From: an uncultured Oscillospiraceae bacterium | GTDB taxonomy: Bacteria; Spirochaetota; Spirochaetia; Sphaerochaetales; Sphaerochaetaceae | DNA: 64,000 nt | Assembly (NCBI GenBank): GCA_963636745.1 | Contig: CAVHKW010000086.1 | Location: 10,931-74,930 of the forward strand | Direction of reading: 5' to 3' | Shown here: piece by piece, positions 17,239 through 26,523 of the stretch | How positions within the stretch are numbered: the stretch's first letter is position 1 | Layout of the letters: each line of letters opens with the position of its first letter | Notes under the pieces: generated by a model | What the model was told of the DNA's origin: nothing | Database searches by the model: none | Seen by the model: only the letters and a program-made list of their open reading frames with translations | Program-made: the position numbers and the translations under genes

Positions 17239-18849
17239 CTATTCTATCGAATGAATAACCTCCGGGAGAAGCTGCTTCTTCCGGCTTAACACACCCGGCA
17301 TTTCATAGGCACATGATCGGATCTCATTCCAGAGGAAACGCCTGCGATATTTTGAATCCGTAGTCAAAAGAATGCTTTCCTCCTTCAATACATCGGTAAT
17401 CATAAGCATAGCCCAGTCAAGGCCGCGGTTGCCCTTTATCGTATTGAGAGTTTCTAGATACTTCTCTTCATAACTTGCTATGTCGCTGAGCGTCGTCACC
17501 TCACACTGTCCGATTGCAAACTTCACTCCCTTCTCGCTGTAAGTCTTGAAGTCTCCCTCTATTGCAGAGACAGGTTCTCTGTTTGCCAGACTGTCGATTA
17601 CGGAGAAGAGTTTGGCTCCGAATGCGTGTATATCGTATTCACCCGATATCGCGGCAAGGGCTCCGGCTGCTGTCTTATCGATTTGAGTCGTTGTCGGACT
17701 CCTGAGGACAAGAGTATCAGACATGATACCTGTCAAGAGAACACGGGCTGTAGTTTCATCCGGGACGATATTATGTCTCAGGTATTGCTGATATATTATA
17801 GTACATGTACTTCCGAGAGGCTCTGCATCTATGAATATCGGGAGACTCGTCTTCAGGGCATCAAGCCTGTGGTGATCAATAATCTCGATAACAGATGCCT
17901 CCTCTATTCCCCTTATACTCTGCCCCACTTCATTATGGTCTACAAGAATAACACTGTATTGAGGTTTCTTTAGAAAACATCTCCTTGTTACATAGCCGAC
18001 AAACTCATCGTCGTCGAATACGGCAAGGCCTCTCAGGAGGGAGGACGAGAGCGCTTCCCTCGCATCGTCGAAGAAATCATTGACGCCGAGGCGCGGTCCC
18101 TGTTTACCCATAATCGTCCTCACGCTAGGTGTCATTCTCAGTCTTCTCTCAACTTCAGCTGTCTGAAGCTCCGTCAGGTACACAGTTCCCTCATAAGACG
18201 AGAAGTCTATATCCTCATAACTTGACGAAGCTGTAATGATGATGGCCTCCACACCCTTCCTCATCGCATACTCTATATAGCGCTTACGGTAGCCTATGAC
18301 GACCACAGTATCTTTAGAGCCGTCGACAAAGTGACAGAAATCCTCATAAGCTGCAGCTCCTGCAAGGATGGAGGCGTTAAAGCTCTCCTTCCCTCTTTTG
18401 ATAATCCTGCCGGGTATGACAGTCTCGATATTTGATACGAGGAAATCATAATGAGGAGTCTCCTCTCTGTTATCTCTCAAGAACCAGGAAGTAATATCGT
18501 CAACACTCAAAAGACCGACGAAGGAACCCTTGTCATAGACGGGGAAAGCCGATGGATGTGTCTCGTTATATGCTTTGACAAGATTATATATCGGAGCCTC
18601 TGCTTCAACCTTCTCCGTCGGAAGCAGCATAACATCCCTCACCTTCGGTTTAACGTCCCTCATATATTCAGGAACAGGCACCCCTAACAGACCGAACTGT
18701 TTCTCGACTCCTTCACTCATATGGCCACACCTTACGGCATGATAGCGGTTATCTCTGTCTATATGATTCTTCAACTCTGCATAACCGTAAGCCGAACAGA
18801 TGCTGTCAAGGTCCGGATTGCGGTGTCCTGTGATGTAAATATCCTTCAT
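17239..18849 (-). CDS. DHH-CBS-DHHA2 protein (CBS-domain family II inorganic pyrophosphatase-like)
   Basis: 536 aa. N-terminal HRNPDLDSICSA, DHH motif (ILVDHNE), internal CBS pair and a DRTGG-like segment, and a C-terminal DHHA2-like region. Confidence 0.7.
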   Translation of the reverse strand: MKDIYITGHRNPDLDSICSAYGYAELKNHIDRDNRYHAVRCGHMSEGVEKQFGLLGVPVPEYMRDVKPKVRDVMLLPTEKVEAEAPIYNLVKAYNETHPSAFPVYDKGSFVGLLSVDDITSWFLRDNREETPHYDFLVSNIETVIPGRIIKRGKESFNASILAGAAAYEDFCHFVDGSKDTVVVIGYRKRYIEYAMRKGVEAIIITASSSYEDIDFSSYEGTVYLTELQTAEVERRLRMTPSVRTIMGKQGPRLGVNDFFDDAREALSSSLLRGLAVFDDDEFVGYVTRRCFLKKPQYSVILVDHNEVGQSIRGIEEASVIEIIDHHRLDALKTSLPIFIDAEPLGSTCTIIYQQYLRHNIVPDETTARVLLTGIMSDTLVLRSPTTTQIDKTAAGALAAISGEYDIHAFGAKLFSVIDSLANREPVSAIEGDFKTYSEKGVKFAIGQCEVTTLSDIASYEEKYLETLNTIKGNRGLDWAMLMITDVLKEESILLTTDSKYRRRFLWNEIRSCAYEMPGVLSRKKQLLPEVIHSIE

Positions 18850-18933
18850 AAGGAGAAGTCTAATCTAAAATAAAGAAACAATACACAGCCAAAATGACTT
18901 TCTTATGATCTGCTTTTACTCTAAAATCAAAGC

Positions 18934-19458
18934 ATGCAGAATATTCTAATTGTTGTCGATATGCAGAATGACTTCGTCTCCGGAAAGCTTGGAAAAGAGG
19001 AAAATCTGACCATTGTCGAAGGAATAAGAAAGAAGGTTCTTTCTTTTGACGGGAAGGTGCTCTTCACGCGTGATACCCATCACGACAACTACCTTGAAAC
19101 CGAAGAAGGTAAAAATCTTCCGGTAGTACATTGTATAGAGAACACCCGTGGCTGGGAGATCGTCGACGAGCTGAGAGACCTCAGGAATGACGGTATTATC
19201 GATAAGCCGACATTCGGCTCGGTTGAACTCGGCGAGAAGCTGAGAGAACTCGACAGAGAAGAGAAAATCGGAAGTGTCACACTACTCGGACTCTGTACCG
19301 ATATATGTGTAATATCGAACGCGATAATTGCCAAGGCATTCCTTCCGGATGCACATATCGTAGTCGATGCAGCGCTCTCGAAGGGAGTTACAGATGCCTC
19401 CCATAAGACTGCTCTCGAGGCAATGAAGAGCTGCCAGATAGAAATCATCGGAGAATAA
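18934..19458 (+). CDS. Isochorismatase-family cysteine hydrolase, nicotinamidase-like
   Basis: 174 aa. ILIVVDMQNDF and catalytic Cys in LLGLCTDICV. Confidence 0.75.
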   Translation: MQNILIVVDMQNDFVSGKLGKEENLTIVEGIRKKVLSFDGKVLFTRDTHHDNYLETEEGKNLPVVHCIENTRGWEIVDELRDLRNDGIIDKPTFGSVELGEKLRELDREEKIGSVTLLGLCTDICVISNAIIAKAFLPDAHIVVDAALSKGVTDASHKTALEAMKSCQIEIIGE

Positions 19459-19459
19459 A

Positions 19460-19903
19460 ATGAAAGTTGTTGTTGCTAATGATCACGGAGCCGTCGAAAG
19501 GACGAAGGAAATATTAAAGCACCTCGAAAAGAGGGGAATCGAATATACTTTTCTCGGAACACTTGAAGAGAAGAGTGTCGATTATCCCGATATGGCCGAA
19601 AAAGCCGTACTGGAATACCGTAAGGGAGGATACGACTACGGCATACTCCTCTGCGGAACAGGTATCGGGATATCGCTTGCAGCCAACAAGATGAGAGGCA
19701 TAAGATGCGCCCTCGTCCAGAACATGTATGCTGCAGAGAAGACAAGGGAGCACAACGACAGCAACTTCGTCGCATTCGGAGGCCGCTTTGAATACCCTGA
19801 CCCCGTCACGGAGATCCTCGACAAATTCCTCGACACACCCTTTTCAAACGAAGAGCGTCATATAAGAAGAATAGAGAAGCTAATGGCTCTCGAGGGGAAG
19901 TAA
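19460..19903 (+). CDS. rpiB: Ribose-5-phosphate isomerase B
   Basis: 147 aa. NDHGAVE... and LLCGTGIGISLAANKMRGIRCALV are typical of RpiB/LacAB. Confidence 0.9.
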   Translation: MKVVVANDHGAVERTKEILKHLEKRGIEYTFLGTLEEKSVDYPDMAEKAVLEYRKGGYDYGILLCGTGIGISLAANKMRGIRCALVQNMYAAEKTREHNDSNFVAFGGRFEYPDPVTEILDKFLDTPFSNEERHIRRIEKLMALEGK

Positions 19904-20461
19904 CTCTTTTATTGAGAGAGGCGCTTTCGTCTCGTCTCCATCCATTCTCTTTGCCATCCACATCAAACCGTAGGGACGATTGAACTTGTACCCGCACTTT
20001 TCGGCTTTTCCCACCTCTTCAAAACCCATCCTTTTATGGAAGTTAATGCTGTCATAGCTGGAGTATGGGTCACCGTCACTTCCGGGCATTGTTATGTAGG
20101 CATAGAGATTTATTATGTTCTGACGCCTCAATATTTCTTCGAGTGCGCCGTAGAGTCTGCGCCCGACACCGCCACGCCTGTAATCCTTATCGAGATAAAT
20201 CGTCAGCTCCACGTCCCAGTCGTAAGCCTTTCTCTCCTTGAAGCGTGCGGCATAGGCATACCCTATGATTTCACCTTCCCTCTCCGCCACAAGATATGGA
20301 TAGAATGAAGATATCTTCTCAATACGGGAGGAAAATTCCTCAAGAGTCGGAACAACATACTCAAATGAGACTGCGGTCTCTTCTATATAATAGCTGTAGA
20401 TTTCAAGAAGCCTCCTGGCATCTTGAGTTTCAGCCATTCTTATTACAACATCATCAATCAT
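19880..20461 (-). CDS. GNAT N-acetyltransferase (phosphinothricin acetyltransferase-like)
   Basis: The track ORF starts at TTG 20500. I prefer ATG 20461 (MIDDVVIRMAETQDA...). GNAT core: RRGGVGRRLYGALE. Confidence 0.75.
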   Translation of the reverse strand: MIDDVVIRMAETQDARRLLEIYSYYIEETAVSFEYVVPTLEEFSSRIEKISSFYPYLVAEREGEIIGYAYAARFKERKAYDWDVELTIYLDKDYRRGGVGRRLYGALEEILRRQNIINLYAYITMPGSDGDPYSSYDSINFHKRMGFEEVGKAEKCGYKFNRPYGLMWMAKRMDGDETKAPLSIKELLPLESH

Positions 20462-20516
20462 AACAAAAAATATGGGGGTGACCGGAAAAGCCTCCCCCAA
20501 TTCTCAATCAATAATC

Positions 20517-22028
20517 TCAGAGCACAACACCGTCTTTGAAGATGGAGATCTCCGAGTATCCGTTCTCTTCATTCCTTGTCTTCTTTCCGCTTGCAACATC
20601 GAGAATGAAGGAAATGAGATCATCTGTAACTTTAGCCGGATCCTCATCAAGCATGCGTCCTGCATTGAAGTCAATCCAATCGGATTTCTTTTCGGCAAGA
20701 GGCGTGTTCGTTGCGATCTTGACAGTCGGAACAGGAGCCCCGAGAGGAGTACCGCGTCCTGTCGTAAAGAGGATCATATGAGCACCGACTACACTCTGAA
20801 CCGTTGTCGAAACAATGTCGTTACCGGGTCCCGAAAGCAGGTTCAAGCCCTTCTTTGAAACTCTTTCGCCGTATTTGAGGACACCGGAAACAGGTGCACT
20901 TCCACCCTTCTGTACACAGCCGAGAGACTTGTCTTCGAGCGTTGTAATACCGCCGGCCTTGTTTCCCGGGCTCGGGTTTTCATAGACAACCTGTCCGTGT
21001 GATACAAAGTAATGCTTGAAGGCATTGATCATGTCGCAGATCTGGTTATATACATCGCGGTTTACGGCTCTGTCCATCAATACCTGCTCGGCACCGAACA
21101 TCTCGGGTACCTCTGTAAGTATTGCAGTTCCGCCGATGGAGACAAGTGCATCCGTAAAGCGTCCGACAAGAGGATTGGCTGTAATGCCGCTCAGACCGTC
21201 CGAGCCGCCGCACTTCATTCCGACGACAAGGCGGGATGCCGAGACAACTGTCCTTGTGTCCTTCTTGATGACGGATGCTATCTCTTCAAGAAGTTCCTTT
21301 CCTCTCTTGAGTTCATCCTTCTCATTCTGACATATCATGAACTTGACTCTTGTCTCGTCGACTTCACCCAGAAGCTCCTTGAAGGAATCCATTGTGTTGT
21401 TTTCACAACCGAGTCCTATTACAAGAACACCTCCTGCATTGGGGTGATGAACAAGCCCCGAGAGAATCTTACGTGTATTCTCATGGTCATCTCCGAGCTG
21501 TGAGCAGCCGAAAGGATGAGTCCATGCGTGGACACCGTCCTCGAGAGAAAGATTCTCGTTACCCCATGCGGCAAGCTTCTTCGAGATTTCATTGACACAT
21601 CCGACAGTCGGAACGATCCAGAGGCCGTTTCTTATTCCGATATTGCCGTCTTTTCTCTCATATGCCTTGATGCATGGAGAACCGTCGCTGAGTCTCTTCT
21701 CCTTGATCTTTTCAAAGATGGCAAGGTTCTTCCCGGCTGTAGCTTCATCATAGTGGTATTCAGCTTCTTCACTGAGTGCTGTCTTGATATTGAATGTGTG
21801 AACCCATTCACCCATTCTTATATCCTTCACAGCCTTTCCGATAGGATAGCCGTACTTGATGACACTCTCGCCCTCTTTAATATCCTTGAGGGCGACCTTG
21901 TGTCCGGCGACTATATCGTTGAGGATTGTAACTGCACATCCATCAACGACAATAACTTCACCTTTGTTCAAAGCTTCGAGAGCAACTGCAACATTGTCTC
22001 TATTATTAATTCTAATAAGTTTAGCCAC
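20517..22028 (-). CDS. uxaA: Altronate dehydratase
   Basis: 503 aa. N-terminal SAF domain (IRINNRDNVAVAL) and a UxaA-family C-terminal domain. Adjacent to uxaB. Confidence 0.85.
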   Translation of the reverse strand: MAKLIRINNRDNVAVALEALNKGEVIVVDGCAVTILNDIVAGHKVALKDIKEGESVIKYGYPIGKAVKDIRMGEWVHTFNIKTALSEEAEYHYDEATAGKNLAIFEKIKEKRLSDGSPCIKAYERKDGNIGIRNGLWIVPTVGCVNEISKKLAAWGNENLSLEDGVHAWTHPFGCSQLGDDHENTRKILSGLVHHPNAGGVLVIGLGCENNTMDSFKELLGEVDETRVKFMICQNEKDELKRGKELLEEIASVIKKDTRTVVSASRLVVGMKCGGSDGLSGITANPLVGRFTDALVSIGGTAILTEVPEMFGAEQVLMDRAVNRDVYNQICDMINAFKHYFVSHGQVVYENPSPGNKAGGITTLEDKSLGCVQKGGSAPVSGVLKYGERVSKKGLNLLSGPGNDIVSTTVQSVVGAHMILFTTGRGTPLGAPVPTVKIATNTPLAEKKSDWIDFNAGRMLDEDPAKVTDDLISFILDVASGKKTRNEENGYSEISIFKDGVVL

Positions 22029-22031
22029 ACT

Positions 22032-23522
22032 TTACTCCACAATAGTCTTGAGTGCTTCTGTCATACCAAGATTCCAGATCTTCTCAAGGTCTTCCTTGAC
22101 AAGAGAGACAAGACCGTCGACAAGAGAGAGATCCTGACCCCACCACTCTGTCTTCTTGAGAACGCTCTCTGAAAGAGCTGCAGCCTTCTCTTCTACGCTC
22201 TTATAGCTCTCGCTGTACTTTGAAGCGAAGAAGTCGATGACATCAGGTGAATCCATAATCTTGTACTCGTTGGCCTCTCTCTGACCGAAGTAACCATCTT
22301 CTCTCTTCTTTCCTTCATAGAATGCGATGAGAGCAGCAAGTGAGAATACGAGTGTCTTCGGAAGAGTTCCGAACTTCTCCTTGTATCCCAGGAGTGACGG
22401 GAGATCTCTTGTCTTGAACTTCGATGTGCTGTTGAGGCTGATGGACATGAGAAGGTGAACGATGCTCGGGTTGCGGAAACGGTTGAGAACATCTGTCGCA
22501 TAACCTTCGAGAAGAGCCTTGTCGCCATCCATTGACGGAATGATTTCCTTGAAGAGTCCCTGGTTCATGAATGCCGAGACGAGAGGATCCTTCATACACT
22601 CTTCGATTGTTGTCTTACCTGCAAGATAAGCAGCGAGAACTGTCATTGTGTGTGTACCATTGAGGATTCTGACCTTACGTGTTCTGTAGAATGACATATC
22701 GTCTGTCCATACGACGTTGAGACCTGCCTTACCCGTCGGGAGCTCATCCTCATGGCTCTTATGTGTGTATTCGATAGCCCAGAAAAGGAACTTCTCTGCA
22801 GCATCAAGGAGATTATCCTTATAACCAAGGCGCTCGCAGATAGCTTCAGCTTCAGCTCTCGGATAGCCGGGAACGATTCTGTCGACAAGAGAGCAGCAGA
22901 AATCACAGGACTCGTCGACCCACTTTGCAAAGCCTTCTTCAAGCTTCCAGTCTTCAGCGTGCTTCAAAACCCACTTTCTCAGGAACTGGCCGTTCTTGTC
23001 GATGAGCTCGCAGGGGATGAAGATAAGACCCTTGTTAACATCGCCGTTGAATGTCTTATATCTCCTGTAGAGGAATGCCGTGACCTTGCCGGGGAATGAA
23101 AGCTGGGGCTTGTCCTCGAATTTCACGCTCGGATCATATGCAATACCTGCTTCTGTCGTGTTGGAGAAAATGAACTTGAGATCGGGGTTGTCGGCAAGAG
23201 CAATGTATCTCTCATAGTCTGTGTACGGGTTGATACATTCCTTGACGGATGTGATGACTCTGTCTTCCTCGACTCTCTTTCCGTTCTCGACGCCGCTGAG
23301 GAGTGTTGTGTAAACACAATCCTGGGCATTGATCATGCTGCCCATTCCGTTCGGAAGAGGCTGTACCATAACAACAGAACCGTTGAAATCCGTCTTCTCG
23401 TTCATAACATCAATCTGATAGTCGATGAATGCCCTGAGGAAGTTACCCTCACCAAACTGTACTGCTTTAACCGGACGTTCCGTCTTCTTTACAACTTCGT
23501 TTATTGTTTTCATAAATTGCAT
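22032..23522 (-). CDS. uxaB: Tagaturonate reductase (altronate oxidoreductase)
   Basis: 496 aa. Long-chain mannitol dehydrogenase family (VQFGEGNFLRAFIDYQID) and the operon partner of uxaA. Confidence 0.8.
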   Translation of the reverse strand: MQFMKTINEVVKKTERPVKAVQFGEGNFLRAFIDYQIDVMNEKTDFNGSVVMVQPLPNGMGSMINAQDCVYTTLLSGVENGKRVEEDRVITSVKECINPYTDYERYIALADNPDLKFIFSNTTEAGIAYDPSVKFEDKPQLSFPGKVTAFLYRRYKTFNGDVNKGLIFIPCELIDKNGQFLRKWVLKHAEDWKLEEGFAKWVDESCDFCCSLVDRIVPGYPRAEAEAICERLGYKDNLLDAAEKFLFWAIEYTHKSHEDELPTGKAGLNVVWTDDMSFYRTRKVRILNGTHTMTVLAAYLAGKTTIEECMKDPLVSAFMNQGLFKEIIPSMDGDKALLEGYATDVLNRFRNPSIVHLLMSISLNSTSKFKTRDLPSLLGYKEKFGTLPKTLVFSLAALIAFYEGKKREDGYFGQREANEYKIMDSPDVIDFFASKYSESYKSVEEKAAALSESVLKKTEWWGQDLSLVDGLVSLVKEDLEKIWNLGMTEALKTIVE

Positions 23523-23642
23523 CTCCTTCTGCTTATAATCAAAGAGTAAACACTCTATCTAAAAGTTTAAATTGCACCTCTGAATAGGTCAACAAAATGT
23601 CTTATTCATATTCCTTTCACTTTTTGAACAATTAGGACAGCG

Positions 23643-23673
23643 AAAAGAAAAACCGGCCCCCGGAAGAGGACCG
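23643..23673 (-). terminator. Rho-independent terminator after the GGGtGRT gene
   Basis: The minus-strand RNA forms CGGUCCUC-UUCC-GGGGGCCG (two G-U pairs) followed by UUUUUCUUUU. Confidence 0.65.
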
Positions 23674-23695
23674 ATTCTACTTAAGATTGATAATC

Positions 23696-24697
23696 TTATT
23701 TGTTCATTGCTTCGGCAACAGCGACAGCCACTGCAACGGATGCACCGACCATCGGGTTGTTACCCATACCGATGAGCCCCATCATCTCGACGTGGGCAGG
23801 AACGGAGGAGGAGCCTGCAAACTGTGCATCAGAGTGCATTCTTCCCATTGTATCGGTCATGCCGTAGCTTGCAGGACCTGCAGCCATGTTGTCCGGATGG
23901 AGTGTTCTACCCGTACCGCCGCCGGAAGCGACAGAGAAGTATTTCTTACCGATCTCATTGCATTCCTTCTTGTATGTGCCTGCAACAGGGTGCTGGAATC
24001 TTGTGGGGTTGGTCGAGTTACCTGTGATCGATACGTCGACACCTTCAGCGTGCATGATTGCAACACCTTCTCTGACATCGTCAGCGCCGTAGCAGTTGAC
24101 AGCAGCTCTCTCACCCTTGGAGTAAGCTGTTCTGCTGAGGACTTCGAGCTTACCTGTAAAATAATCGAACTTTGTCTCGACATATGTAAAGCCGTTGACT
24201 CTGCTGATGATCTTTGCAGCATCCTTTCCAAGTCCGTTGAGGATAACCTTCAAAGGCTCCTTTCTTGCCTTGTTGGCATTCTTTGCAATACCGATTGCAC
24301 CTTCTGCTGCTGCAAATGATTCGTGACCTGCGAGGAAAGCGAAGCACTTTGTCTCATCGCTGAGAAGCATAGCTGCGAGGTTTCCGTGTCCGAGACCGAC
24401 CTTTCTGTCGTCAGCGACGGAGCCGGGGATACAGAATGACTGGAGGCCCTCTCCGAGAGACTTAGCAACTTCATAAGCTGTCTTCTGTCCCTTCTTGATT
24501 GCAATTGCAGCACCTGTGATATAAGCCCAGCAGGCATTCTCGAAGCATATGGGCTGAATGGACTTGACGATGTTGTATACATCCACGCCCTTCTCGTCAC
24601 AAAGCTTCTTTGCATCTTCGATTGATGCAATTCCATATCCGTTGAGAACACCGTTAATCTTGTCTATACGTCTTTCATAACCTTCAAATAAAGCCAT
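23696..24697 (-). CDS. GGGtGRT-family protein (conserved, function unknown)
   Basis: 333 aa. Contains the family-defining SGGGTGRT motif. Confidence 0.75.
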   Translation of the reverse strand: MALFEGYERRIDKINGVLNGYGIASIEDAKKLCDEKGVDVYNIVKSIQPICFENACWAYITGAAIAIKKGQKTAYEVAKSLGEGLQSFCIPGSVADDRKVGLGHGNLAAMLLSDETKCFAFLAGHESFAAAEGAIGIAKNANKARKEPLKVILNGLGKDAAKIISRVNGFTYVETKFDYFTGKLEVLSRTAYSKGERAAVNCYGADDVREGVAIMHAEGVDVSITGNSTNPTRFQHPVAGTYKKECNEIGKKYFSVASGGGTGRTLHPDNMAAGPASYGMTDTMGRMHSDAQFAGSSSVPAHVEMMGLIGMGNNPMVGASVAVAVAVAEAMNK

Positions 24698-24707
24698 AGC
24701 GTCCTCC

Positions 24708-25400
24708 TCATTCCTTTCTTGGATCGATGTACTTTACAGCATCCTGGAATCTGCCGTAAGTCTTCTTTGCTTTCTCCAATGCCTCTTTAGGATCAACGCC
24801 CTTCTTGACGTTCTCCATGAAGACACCCATGTTGACATACTCGTAACCGATGATCTCATCGTTCTCGTCAAGAGCCTGTCTGAGGATATAACCTTCTGCG
24901 AGGTTGAGATATCTTGGTCCCTTAGCACGTGTTGCGTATGTTGTTCCAACCTGTGAGCATGTTCCCTTTCCAAGGTCCTCGAGTCCGGCACCGATGACAA
25001 GTCCGTCCTCGCTGAAAGCAGACTGGCTTCTGCCGTAGCAGATCTGAAGGAAGAGCTCTCTCATTGCCGTATTGATGGCGTCACAGACAAGGTCGGTGTT
25101 GATAGCCTCAAGAACTGTTCTTCCGACGATTGCCTCACTTGCCATAGCTGCAGAGTGTGTCATACCGGAACAACCGATAGTTTCGATGAGTGCCTCTTCA
25201 ATAATACCGTTCTTGATATTGAGAGTAAGCTTACATGCGCCCTGCTGAGGTGCACACCAACCGACACCGTGTGTAAGACCTGAGATATCCTTGATCTCCT
25301 TGGCATATACCCACTTTCCTTCCTCGGGAATCGGAGCACAGCCGTGCTGTCCGCCACACCTTACCGTACACATGTTTTCAACTTCTGTGGAATATTTCAT
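24708..25400 (-). CDS. NifU/IscU-like Fe-S scaffold-domain protein, partner of the GGGtGRT protein
   Basis: 230 aa. Cys pattern CAPQQGACKLTL...IGCSGMTHSAAMAS resembles the IscU N-terminal domain. Lies 10 nt upstream of the GGGtGRT gene. Confidence 0.6.
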   Translation of the reverse strand: MKYSTEVENMCTVRCGGQHGCAPIPEEGKWVYAKEIKDISGLTHGVGWCAPQQGACKLTLNIKNGIIEEALIETIGCSGMTHSAAMASEAIVGRTVLEAINTDLVCDAINTAMRELFLQICYGRSQSAFSEDGLVIGAGLEDLGKGTCSQVGTTYATRAKGPRYLNLAEGYILRQALDENDEIIGYEYVNMGVFMENVKKGVDPKEALEKAKKTYGRFQDAVKYIDPRKE

Positions 25401-25495
25401 GTATAATCTCCTAAAAGTGTATTTCGACCTAAAGTCCTAACTATGATAATACAACCAAAAGCACTTCTTTTTAAAGAGTGCAGAATGAAAAACCG

Positions 25496-26020
25496 TCACA
25501 CCCAGTCGCGGTATGTACCCACAAGATATACTTCGATATCGAGCGGAGAGAATGTGACAAGAAGCTTTCTGTTGACGAAGTCGTACCCGATATTCGTTCT
25601 GAAACCGCGCTCCCGCTTCACTGTGGTGGGGGAGCCTATCGTAAGGGGGGAGATCCCGAGATAGATACCTGCGCCGTTGTCCCAGCTCTTCCAGAAACCG
25701 CCGACAGAGATGACGGAGTTTACACAGACTCCCGCAACCTTGCTCCCCGTATTTCTTGTGCCCATGAGCGTCATACCGACTTCAAGCATTAAGATATTGC
25801 GGTTGAAGGAAGAGGGAATGAGCTCACTCATCCCAACGAAAGAGATGTCGACGCTCTTACTTATTCCGAGCGTTGCGCCGTAGGAGACTGCAATGCCCTC
25901 CTTCGGATTGAAAAAATTGCCGCATCCCAGCATCAATGCAAAGTCCGTTGTCGAAGAGGCAAAGAGCAGGGAAGACGAAAGAAGCATAATGACAATAAGT
26001 AAAATTAAACGCCGTCTCAT
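25496..26020 (-). CDS. Hypothetical small secreted, beta-strand-rich protein
   Basis: 174 aa. Signal peptide ending LLFASS, with alternating hydrophobic patterns. Confidence 0.5.
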   Translation of the reverse strand: MRRRLILLIVIMLLSSSLLFASSTTDFALMLGCGNFFNPKEGIAVSYGATLGISKSVDISFVGMSELIPSSFNRNILMLEVGMTLMGTRNTGSKVAGVCVNSVISVGGFWKSWDNGAGIYLGISPLTIGSPTTVKRERGFRTNIGYDFVNRKLLVTFSPLDIEVYLVGTYRDWV

Positions 26021-26021
26021 T

Positions 26022-26519
26022 CTAAACCTCCAATAATGCCGTGACCTTCATTATTCTTATGCCGTATGCTCTCTTGCCGTCGAAGCCGAAACTCATATAG
26101 GGCGAGAGGAACTCATAGGAGAACTGTGTATCAACAAACTTGAAGGGGGAAAGCATCACCCCGAGTGCCCACTTCTCTCTTACACTTCTATATGAAAGGA
26201 GAGCCCCTGCTGTCGGCTCCCAGAGCACTCTGTTCGAGAATGCATAGGAGAAAACTTTATCAGACGAGGTGTAAAGCGGTGTCGATACCACGATATCGAA
26301 CCCCTGGAAGAATCTGTTCCACCCGAGAAGAAGGTCAATCTCCATAAGGCCGTACTGCTTTTCCTTCACCGGAGCAAACCCGAGTGACAGGGAAAGTGTT
26401 CCGAAACTCTCATCGCCGCACTTCTCTCCCGTCTGTGAGAGGGAATATGTGAAGGCGGATGAGGCGAAGAGAATGGATGAGATAAGTAAAATTATGATAG
26501 CTGATGTAATTCTTTTCAT
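26022..26519 (-). CDS. Hypothetical small secreted, beta-strand-rich protein
   Basis: Start moved to ATG 26519 (MKRITSAIIILLISSILFASS), which removes the overlap with the PLD gene. Confidence 0.5.
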   Translation of the reverse strand: MKRITSAIIILLISSILFASSAFTYSLSQTGEKCGDESFGTLSLSLGFAPVKEKQYGLMEIDLLLGWNRFFQGFDIVVSTPLYTSSDKVFSYAFSNRVLWEPTAGALLSYRSVREKWALGVMLSPFKFVDTQFSYEFLSPYMSFGFDGKRAYGIRIMKVTALLEV

Positions 26520-26523
26520 ATCT

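Larger units (their letters stand above)
16282..17364. repeat. Tandem duplication: unit 1 at 16282-16813 (532 bp) and unit 2 at 16814-17364 (551 bp)
   Basis: Direct comparison of the two units. 16282-16557 and 16814-17089 differ at 2 positions. TCAAAAG occurs at all three junctions. Unit 2 ends inside the 3' end of the pyrophosphatase gene. Confidence 0.95.

Noticed and set aside
23687-24319. 210-aa Cys-rich plus-strand ORF
   Set aside because: It is antisense to the GGGtGRT gene. The Cys richness comes from GCA/ACA codons on the opposite strand.
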